Shown here: piece by piece, positions 9,801-16,206 of the stretch | Position numbering within the stretch: the first letter of the stretch is position 1 | Layout of the letters: the number at the start of each line of letters is the position of its first letter | Source: an uncultured Chloroflexia bacterium | Lineage (GTDB): Bacteria; Chloroflexota; Ktedonobacteria; Ktedonobacterales; JADMIN01 | DNA length: 32,000 bases | Direction of reading: 5' to 3' | Assembly: GCA_963718915.1 (NCBI GenBank) | Contig: CAVRAI010000003.1 | Span: forward strand, 120,001-152,000 | Notes under the pieces: generated by a model | The model's database searches: none | The model's input: only the letters and a program-made list of their open reading frames with translations | Told to the model about the DNA's origin: nothing | Translations under genes and position numbers: made by a program

Positions 9801-9829
9801 CTGCCCCTCCGCATTTCAGGGAGGGGCAG
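9801..9829 (-). terminator. Stem-loop terminator downstream of the capsid gene
   Basis: CTGCCCCTCC (9801-9810) pairs with GGAGGGGCAG (9820-9829), a 10-bp GC-rich stem with a 9-nt loop. On the minus-strand RNA it is followed by ACUCGUUUUCC. It lies 22 nt after the capsid stop. Confidence 0.6.
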
Positions 9830-9850
9830 ATTTTCCGGTTGGTCGGCGCG

Positions 9851-11371
9851 CTAGAAGCTGGGGTAGATGCCGCGAATGACGCCGAGGCCGCCGAGGAAGT
9901 AGACTTTCACGGTCTCGTCGATGTAGTCGGCGAAGCGGAAGTTGCTGTCGGTGACGGCGAAATCCACGCCCCAGTATTCCTGGTTCGTCTCGATCTCGAT
10001 GGCCGCGGAGACCTCCGGCACAGGGAAAGGCACCGAGACCGGCAGGAAGACCATACATCCCTGCGGGCAGTAGCGATCCAGGATGATCGGGATCTCGCGC
10101 CCCGTGCTCTTGTTCAGATAGCGGGTGACGCGGTACTGCGCCGTGAGCTGCCCCTGATCGGCGCTGTCGCCCGCCTGGACGACGTAGCGCAACTGGCCGG
10201 AGCCCACCACCAGATTGGTCAGCCGGACGTTATCCAGCGGATTCATGATGATGTAGTCGGGGTCACCCGCCGCCTGGAGATACATCCCCGCCAGCAGGTT
10301 ATCGATATCGGCCAGCGCCAGCTTGCCTGTCGCGTCGGCGGGCTGCGCCACCTGCGCGCCAAGCGTCGCGCCGTTCGTCAGGCTGGTGTTGTTGAGCGCC
10401 TGCGCGATGATGCCGTCCCACATCAGCGGCGAGCCAGAGCCATCCACGAACGTCTTGGCGGTGTTCGCCGCCACCGTCGAGAGGGCGGTACCGGAGGTCG
10501 CGGGCGGCGCGGAGACCGTCAGCGGCAGAATGGCGGGATTCACCTCGCCCGATGGCATCACTGTCGCCCCGTCGGCCAGTGTGACCGTCGCGCCAATCGC
10601 GGGCTGTTGCGCGTTCGCGCCGGAGATGCCCGCCTGGAGCCACATCGCGCTATCAGCGGGCAGCGAACCGCCGGAGCCGATGTAGATGTTGTACTGGGTC
10701 GCGTTCGGCACGGTGAAGACGGTAATCGTCAGCGTCGAGGTACTGCCGGTGGTGACGATCTTCGTCACGGGTGAGGCGGTTGTCTCGCCCTGGGCGTTCT
10801 TCGCCGTCACCTTCACCCAGTACGTGCCCGCCGCGACGGTACCTCCACTGGCCGATGTTGCGACTACCGGCGCGGGCGGCGCCATCAGATACGTGGACGC
10901 GCCGAGCAGCCAGCGCTCCTCGGTCATCTTCAACTGATAGAGTAGCTCCGCGATGCGCCGCGCCCGCACGTCACTTTCGAGCGCGCGGCCACGCCACTGC
11001 GCCTGGAAGCTGACGGCGTTCATCAGGCCGATGGTCTGCATCGTATTTTGTAGCGACGCCACCGCGTACGTCACCTGGCTTGGCGTGCCGCCATCCGCCA
11101 GCACGCCCCAGTTGCGCGAGGTGTCGAAGCTGGTGATCGCCTTCCAGTGGACGACGTCAGTTCCGTTGCCGCGCCGCCGTGGCAGCATATTCACCAGCGG
11201 CGTCACCACCGGCACGATCACCTTCGCGGGCGTCTCCAGCTCATAGCCCACTAGCCCGCTGGCCATCGTAATCGCGCGGGTCGCGTCGCCCATCGCCTCG
11301 CGCACCAGCGCCACCGTCTCATCACCTATTGTTGCCCCTGCCGTCCCCGGCAGATAGACCGCGCTTGCCAT
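9851..11371 (-). CDS. Putative HK97-fold phage-type major capsid protein (506 aa) with an inserted FN3/Ig-like domain
   Basis: SD AGGAAAGGA lies upstream of ATG 11371. The gene sits directly after a prohead protease and a small helical protein, in canonical head-module order. Its size and the N-terminal TPLVNMLPRRRGNGTDVVHWK and AELLYQLKMTEERWLLGAS segments resemble capsid proteins as I recall them. Residues ~165-235 (GTVAAGTYWVKVTAKNAQGETTASPVTKIVTTGSTSTLTITVFTVPNATQYNIYIG) look like an FN3/Ig insertion. The fold assignment is inferred, not computed. Confidence 0.7.
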   Translation of the reverse strand: MASAVYLPGTAGATIGDETVALVREAMGDATRAITMASGLVGYELETPAKVIVPVVTPLVNMLPRRRGNGTDVVHWKAITSFDTSRNWGVLADGGTPSQVTYAVASLQNTMQTIGLMNAVSFQAQWRGRALESDVRARRIAELLYQLKMTEERWLLGASTYLMAPPAPVVATSASGGTVAAGTYWVKVTAKNAQGETTASPVTKIVTTGSTSTLTITVFTVPNATQYNIYIGSGGSLPADSAMWLQAGISGANAQQPAIGATVTLADGATVMPSGEVNPAILPLTVSAPPATSGTALSTVAANTAKTFVDGSGSPLMWDGIIAQALNNTSLTNGATLGAQVAQPADATGKLALADIDNLLAGMYLQAAGDPDYIIMNPLDNVRLTNLVVGSGQLRYVVQAGDSADQGQLTAQYRVTRYLNKSTGREIPIILDRYCPQGCMVFLPVSVPFPVPEVSAAIEIETNQEYWGVDFAVTDSNFRFADYIDETVKVYFLGGLGVIRGIYPSF

Positions 11372-11397
11372 GTTGTTATTGTCCTTTCCTTAGTAGG

Positions 11398-11463
11398 CTG
11401 GCGGTTAAAACCGCGCCTAAGGGCCTCGCTCCGCTCCGCCACGAAGTCCGCCTGCGCGAGACT
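11398..11463 (+). repeat. Hairpin-rich intergenic repeat, family 1, copy 1 (inside the capsid operon)
   Basis: GCTGGCGGTTAAAACCGCGCCTAAGGGCCTCGCTCCGCTCCGCCACGAAGTCCGCCTGCGCGAGACT aligns along its length with 12958-13025. Confidence 0.75.
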
Positions 11464-11486
11464 CTTCCGACTACAAACGTCATTGC

Positions 11487-11759
11487 TCATTCGCCCCGCT
11501 GTTGCAGGCGGATCAGTTCGGCGGCGATGGCCACCTGTACCTGCGGATCGAAGACTTCCCCCGCGAGTGATTCGAGCGCGCGATATTTCTCCCTGGCGGT
11601 GGATGCGCCCATCTGCCCGCGCGCCGTCAGGGCGGACGATTTGTCTACGGGCCGCGCCGCTGGGCCGCCCGCGAGCGGCTGGCTCTCCAGCGCCATCACC
11701 CTTCGGTTCAGCCCGCCGACCTCGCCCGCCATCTGTTGCAACGACGCCTCTATCGTCAT
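11487..11759 (-). CDS. Small alpha-helical protein (90 aa), putative scaffolding or head-assembly protein
   Basis: ATG 11759 lies 3 nt after the protease stop; an alternative GTG at 11774 overlaps the protease end. Third-position G/C is roughly 80%. The sequence is helical and coiled-coil-like (IEASLQQMAGEVGGLNRRVMALES...AIAAELIRLQQRGE). It occupies the scaffold position between protease and capsid genes. Confidence 0.5.
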   Translation of the reverse strand: MTIEASLQQMAGEVGGLNRRVMALESQPLAGGPAARPVDKSSALTARGQMGASTAREKYRALESLAGEVFDPQVQVAIAAELIRLQQRGE

Positions 11760-11761
11760 CG

Positions 11762-12598
11762 CTAGCGCCCGCACGCCCGCATCCAGCGCAACAATTTGAA
11801 TGCGTTATCCGCGAGTCCCGCGGCCAGCGCCCGCGCCAGCGGCTGATCGTCGGCCTGTGGCCCGGCCTCGCGCTCGATGGGCAAGCGCACATCGGCCAGC
11901 AGCGCCCGCGCAGCCACACATACTGTGCAGCCGCAGCCCGTCAGCACTGCCTGCGCCGCGCCATGCAGTCGCGCGCGATTCGCCTGCTCCGGCGTTCTCG
12001 CATCCACCACGGCTGACTCGTCCAGTGCGCCCGGCGCGTCCGACTCATCCACCTCGGTGGCTGGCTCGTCGAGCAGATCGAGCAGCGCGATATCCGGCGT
12101 GGCGTCGCGCACGAACGCGACCCCCAGCGCGTCAGGATTGCTGGGGTTATCCACCAGACTCAGCTCCACCAGGTCATAGCGGGTCGCGACATTGAGCGAG
12201 CGTTGCTCGCCCGCCACGCGACGTCGCTGCCGCTGCCAGACCACTCCACTGGCGCCGATGCTTGCCCCACGCAGGGTGCCGTCCAGCACCTTCTCCCAGG
12301 TGTCTTGCGCGCCGCGCGAGATACGAATGCGGACGTAGATACGCCGCGTCTCGTCGTCGCAACGCACCGCCACGCGCGAGCCGACCGCCTGCCGTCCGTG
12401 CATCTCGCGCACGTTGCCAATCCAGCGGGTGAACGCATCCTTGCTGGCGCCGTAGTCGAAGATCGTGCCGTGGCTATCCACCGTCTCGCTGGTGGCGCAC
12501 AGCTCGATTTCGCGACGTGGGGCATCCACACGCACAATCGGCGCAAACCCGATCCGCGCCGTGCCAGTCATAGCTGGCGTCTCTGACGTATCTGGCAT
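11762..12598 (-). CDS. HK97-family phage prohead (maturation) serine protease, Peptidase S78/U35-like, with an acidic, Cys-containing C-terminal extension
   Basis: Diagnostic blocks are FAPIVRVDAPRREIELCATSETVDSHGTIF (catalytic His context), LRGASIGASG (Ser context) and YDLVELSLVDNPSNPDA. The start is uncertain: ATG 12598 has SD GAGGT at 8-nt spacing, with alternatives at 12571 and 12640. The 359-aa ORF extension to 12841 runs into the promoter and is rejected. Confidence 0.85.
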   Translation of the reverse strand: MPDTSETPAMTGTARIGFAPIVRVDAPRREIELCATSETVDSHGTIFDYGASKDAFTRWIGNVREMHGRQAVGSRVAVRCDDETRRIYVRIRISRGAQDTWEKVLDGTLRGASIGASGVVWQRQRRRVAGEQRSLNVATRYDLVELSLVDNPSNPDALGVAFVRDATPDIALLDLLDEPATEVDESDAPGALDESAVVDARTPEQANRARLHGAAQAVLTGCGCTVCVAARALLADVRLPIEREAGPQADDQPLARALAAGLADNAFKLLRWMRACGR

Positions 12599-12621
12599 AT
12601 CTGACGACCTCAGATACGTCA
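12584..12621 (-). promoter_or_regulatory. 11-bp perfect inverted repeat forming a hairpin over the protease SD and start codon
   Basis: The minus-strand RNA reads UGACGUAUCUG-AGGUCGUCAGAUAUGC-CAGAUACGUCA. The SD-like GAGGU straddles the 5' arm and loop, and AUG (12598) lies in the 16-nt loop. Confidence 0.5.
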
Positions 12622-12728
12622 CCCGGCCGCTCGCCGTCATCCCTCTCCGGCGCTGGCAATATTCTTCCGCGCCCCCATAGAGTCTGCCCTCCCTCCACAC
12701 AACCTCAGTTCGTCTACAAATAGGCAAA

Positions 12729-12772
12729 ACGCCGCTCCCATCCCGAGATCTGCCATCGGGAGGAAGCGGCGT
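12729..12772 (-). terminator. Intrinsic-terminator-like hairpin in the 5' leader of the capsid operon (possible attenuator or antitermination target)
   Basis: The minus-strand RNA reads ACGCCGCUUCCUCCCGA-UGGCAGAUC-UCGGGAUGGGAGCGGCGU, followed by UUUGCCUAUUUGU. It lies ~50-95 nt downstream of the predicted -10 and ~130 nt upstream of the protease start. Confidence 0.55.
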
Positions 12773-12829
12773 CCTGTCCAGACTGACCGCATACGTTGCC
12801 GCACTACACGAACAACTGGCGACGCCACA

Positions 12830-12858
12830 ATCATAGAACATATGTTCTTATTTTGCAA
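12830..12858 (-). promoter_or_regulatory. Sigma70-like promoter (-35 TTGCAA, 17-nt spacer, -10 TATGAT) with an embedded LexA/Cheo-type SOS box AGAACATATGTTCT (12835-12848)
   Basis: The minus strand reads TTGCAAaataAGAACATATGTTCTATGAT. The 14-bp perfect palindrome matches the GAAC-N4-GTTC core of the B. subtilis-type LexA operator (consensus CGAACATATGTTCG) and fills the spacer. Confidence 0.65.
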
Positions 12859-12957
12859 GGGGGCGGGTACAGATGGCGCGATTTCTGGGGGAGATGATGG
12901 GCAAATCTGAGCAGACATGAGGGCCAGTGGGGGTATGCGGGCGTATTCGCGCATGTG

Positions 12958-13025
12958 GCTGGCGGCTGAAGCCGCGCCTACGGGCCTCCGCTCCGCTGCG
13001 GCCGCAAAGCCCGCCTGCGCGGGCT
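12958..13025 (+). repeat. Hairpin-rich intergenic repeat, family 1, copy 2
   Basis: GCTGGCGGCTGAAGCCGCGCCTACGGGCCTCCGCTCCGCTGCGGCCGCAAAGCCCGCCTGCGCGGGCT. It contains the internal hairpin AGCCCGC-CTGC-GCGGGCT. Confidence 0.8.
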
Positions 13026-13133
13026 AGCAGACGCAGATGCAAACGCGCCTAATAGATTACCTGAATAACACGTTAAACACCATAAGGCTGCGGCTATTCC
13101 TGGGCTGTCGGCCTTTTCGTCGTTCGTGGTCCC

Positions 13134-13190
13134 AGCCCGCGCAGGCGGGCTTTGCGAGCGTAGCCCATAGGCGCGGCTTCAGCCGCCAGC
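13134..13190 (-). repeat. Hairpin-rich intergenic repeat, family 1, copy 3 (inverted relative to copy 2)
   Basis: The reverse complement is GCTGGCGGCTGAAGCCGCGCCTATGGGCTACGCTCGCAAAGCCCGCCTGCGCGGGCT. Both ends are identical to copy 2 and the middle is ~11 nt shorter. Confidence 0.8.
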
Positions 13191-13409
13191 GCCTCTGCGG
13201 CGCGCTCCGAATCAGACAGGCGCCGCCATTTGCCTTCACCCTGGTATATACATGTCCGCAGAGCAGAAAGTAGCGTAATGTCTGCTCGTGCGGTACACTG
13301 TACTTTTGGAATCAGGCTTTTGGATTGCGGCTTGCCGGATGGTGGTGAGCGACGAAGGCATTGAGCAAGCGCGAGCAGGCGAGACAACGCCTCGGGAGCT
13401 TCTACAAAC

Positions 13410-15480
13410 ATGACGGCAGGCACAGATAATAACGGAGGCCAGCCCTCCACCGACAACGTAACGACGTCAGATACAGATGCCGCTGTGACGACAGACGCCG
13501 CTGTGGCGACGGAGGCGGCGCCCGATCCCATCCAGGCGTTCGCGGCGCTGGGGCTTGGCGAGGATGCCCTGCGGGCGGTCCGCGAGCTGGGGTTTGGCGA
13601 GCCGACACCTATCCAGCAGCAGACCATCGGCGAGATCCTGGCGGGCCGCGATGTGATCGGCCAGGCGCCCACCGGTACCGGCAAGACCGCCGCCTTTGGC
13701 CTGCCTATCGTCGAGCGGCTGGATGTCAACCAGCTCGCCCCGCAGGCGCTCATCATCGTGCCGACGCGCGAGCTGTGCATTCAGGTCGCCGAGGCGATGC
13801 ACACCCTGGGCAAGTTCCGCGAGTTGGTCTCGCTGCCGATCTATGGCGGCCAGCCCTACGAGCGCCAGTTCCGCGCGCTCGCCCGCGGCGTGCAGGTCGT
13901 CGTCGGCACGCCCGGACGCCTGCTGGATCACCTCAACCGCAAAACGCTCGACCTCAGCACAGTGAGGATGGTCGTGCTGGATGAGGCCGACGAGATGCTC
14001 GATATGGGCTTCATCGAAGATATCGAGAACATCCTCGCCGCGCTACCTGAGCAGCATCAGAGCGCGCTCTTCTCGGCGACGATTCCGCCACGCATCACGC
14101 GGCTGGCCGAGCAGTATCTGCACAGCCCGCTGCGGGTGAGTGTCGCGGCGCGCGAGGCGGTGGCCCCACGGGTGCGCCAGGTCTACTATGAGGCGCCATA
14201 CCCCGCGAAAGCGGAGGTGCTCTCGCGCATCCTCGATCTGGAGACGCCAGAGTCCGCGATTGTCTTTGTCAACACGCGCCGCGAAGCCGACATCATCTCG
14301 GAACAGTTGAACGGCCTGGGCTATCTGGCGCAGGCGATCCACGGTGAGATTACCCAGGCGCAGCGCGAGCGGGCGCTCGAACGCTTCCGCGCCGGGCGGA
14401 CGCAGGTGCTGGTGGCGACGGATGTGGCGGCGCGCGGGCTGGATATCCCCGACGTCAGCCACATCATCAACTACGATCTGCCACTCGACGCCGAATCCTA
14501 CGTCCACCGTATTGGACGCACCGGGCGCGCTGGCCGTAGCGGCGAGGCAATCACGCTGGTGACGCCACGCGAGCGGCGACAACTCCGCCTGATCGAGCAG
14601 GGTATCCATCGCAACCTGGAGCGGCTGCGGCTGCCAACCCCGGCGGATGTGGCGGCGCGGCGACGCATGGCGTTCCGCGAGGAGATCCTCTCGATTCTGG
14701 ATGGCGGCCAGCTCGATCCGTATCTGGCATTGGTCGAAGACCTGGTGGGATCGCGCCAGCCAGCCGATCTGGCGGCGGCGGCCTTCAAGATGGCGGCGCA
14801 GGCGATTCAGTCGCGGCGTCCGGGCCAGCCGATGAACTGGATGGAGATGCCACCACCACCAGCCGCAGCCCGAACCGTTCGAGCAGCGGGAGGAGGAGCG
14901 CCCGGGCCGGAGAGATCGCGGTGAGCGTGCGGATCGTGCAGAGCGCGGTGAGTATGGCGACCGGGGAGAACGTCCCCGCGAGACCCGCGAGCAACGCGCG
15001 CGCGCACGCAGCTTCCTGCGCGATACCGAGCATGGCGCGCCGGGCATGGCGCGGCTCTTCATCCGCGTGGGCCGTCAGGACGGCGTTCGCCCGACCGATA
15101 TCGTCGGCGCGATTGCCAACGAGGCGCATATCCCCGGCGACAGCATCGGCGACATCGACATCTACGACGGCTTCTCGTTCGTCGAGGTGCCTGAGGAAGC
15201 CGCCGAACGCGTGCGCAATGCGCTCAACGCGACGACAATTCGCGGACGCATGCCACGCGCCACGCTGGCCCGACCGGCGGGCGACTGGATCGAGGATGAG
15301 GATAGCCGCGACGAGCGCCGTCCCCCGCGCCCATCACGCGCCAGCGAGGACGAGCGCCGACCACTGCGCGCGCCGTTTGGGGGTCGCCGCGCCGCCACTG
15401 GCGGATTCCGTGGCGGGCGTCCCGGCGAGGGCGGGCGCGGTCGTGGCAATGATCGGCCCGCCCCACGCAAACGACGCTAA
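13410..15480 (+). pseudogene. deaD: DEAD-box ATP-dependent RNA helicase (DeaD/CsdA type with C-terminal DbpA RNA-binding domain), frame interrupted once
   Basis: ORF 13410..14924 carries the Q motif (FGEPTPIQ), AxTGTGKT, DEAD, SAT and HRIGRTGRAG. The +1 frame is open from 14836 (..QPQPEPFEQREEERPGRRDRGERADRAERGEYGDRGERPRE..) and runs into ORF 15046..15480 (RLFIRVGRQDGVRPTDIVGAIANEAHIPGDSIGDIDIYDGFSFVEV, a DbpA-type domain). The shift lies between 14836 and 14921, probably at CCACCACCACCAG. Confidence 0.85.
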
Positions 15481-15487
15481 ACGGCGG

Positions 15488-15940
15488 CTAGAACCGGCGG
15501 CGCTGGCGACGGCGCACACCCGCGACTGACATCGGCGAGAGCGGCCTGCCAATCGGGTCGATGAAGAGCGAGCACGACCCCGCCGACGTCGGGAGCGTCC
15601 CCTCCAGCACCTCGACGTTGTAGGTGAGCGTATCGCCCGCCAGCTGCGGGTTACGCAGAACCACCGTGGCGTCGTCCGGGGTGGTGTCGTCGGTCTCCAG
15701 GAATGTGATGACCGCGTTTGGCGGATCCTCGGCAAAGTTGTTCTCGCCCGTGCCCCACTCATTGATGAATTTCTGGGTGCTGACGTGGCCTACGACGCGA
15801 TCTGGACGGTCGGCGAAGAAGAGCGTCGCGCTCCCCGCCCCCTGCAGCGTGATCGTGTCACCGCCGCTGGTCATTCCGCTCCCTACCTGGACAAACATGG
15901 CCTCGATCTCGGCGGGTTGGGCATTCGTGTCTTCGCTCAC
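15488..15940 (-). CDS. Conserved hypothetical protein (150 aa) with an arginine-rich C-terminal tail
   Basis: GTG 15940 is preceded by SD GAGGAAAGGA. Coding-type G/C3 is present. The C-terminus is LFIDPIGRPLSPMSVAGVRRRQRRRF. The family seems familiar to me from high-GC Gram-positives but is uncharacterised. Confidence 0.7.
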   Translation of the reverse strand: MSEDTNAQPAEIEAMFVQVGSGMTSGGDTITLQGAGSATLFFADRPDRVVGHVSTQKFINEWGTGENNFAEDPPNAVITFLETDDTTPDDATVVLRNPQLAGDTLTYNVEVLEGTLPTSAGSCSLFIDPIGRPLSPMSVAGVRRRQRRRF

Positions 15941-16137
15941 CGCGTTGTTCCTTTCCTCTGGTCATACGGGCGCACACGGCCCGACACATAACCTGCTGAC
16001 CATAGCTTAGGCATACTCTACGCGCATGACCCTGCGACAAAGTGGAGATGACCGGGTTAGTCTTTTACCTGACCGACGAGATAGCCAGACCCACAATGCA
16101 TTCGCCTCCCGGCTGCGGCTATGATTCATGGTAGCCA

Positions 16138-16170
16138 GGCATATATCCGGCATATATCCGGCATATATCC
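16138..16170. repeat. Perfect tandem repeat, 3 x 11 bp (GGCATATATCC)
   Basis: Read directly: units at 16138-16148, 16149-16159 and 16160-16170, ending 37 nt upstream of ATG 16207. Confidence 0.95.
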
Positions 16171-16206
16171 GACGCGGGTCCGCAGCACATGGAGGGGTTG
16201 GGCGCG

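Noticed and set aside
12599-12841. N-terminal extension of the protease ORF to 359 aa (start at 12841).
   Set aside because: The ATG at 12839-12841 lies inside the LexA-box palindrome and promoter. The extension covers the leader terminator hairpin and has no protease homology. ATG 12598, which has an SD, or 12571 is far more plausible.
13037-13273. Short ORFs across the family-1 repeats that share peptide strings such as RRGFSRQP or RRGFNRQP.
   Set aside because: The shared peptides are simply translations of the repeated DNA in whichever frame happens to be open. The copies occur in both orientations and in intergenic positions, and none has an SD.
15488-15560. Calling the basic C-terminal tail of the 150-aa protein an encapsulin-type cargo-loading peptide.
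   Set aside because: The resemblance is limited to a few residues. The gene is not in the capsid operon and is separated from it by deaD on the other strand. It is kept only as a low-interest speculative note, not as a feature.
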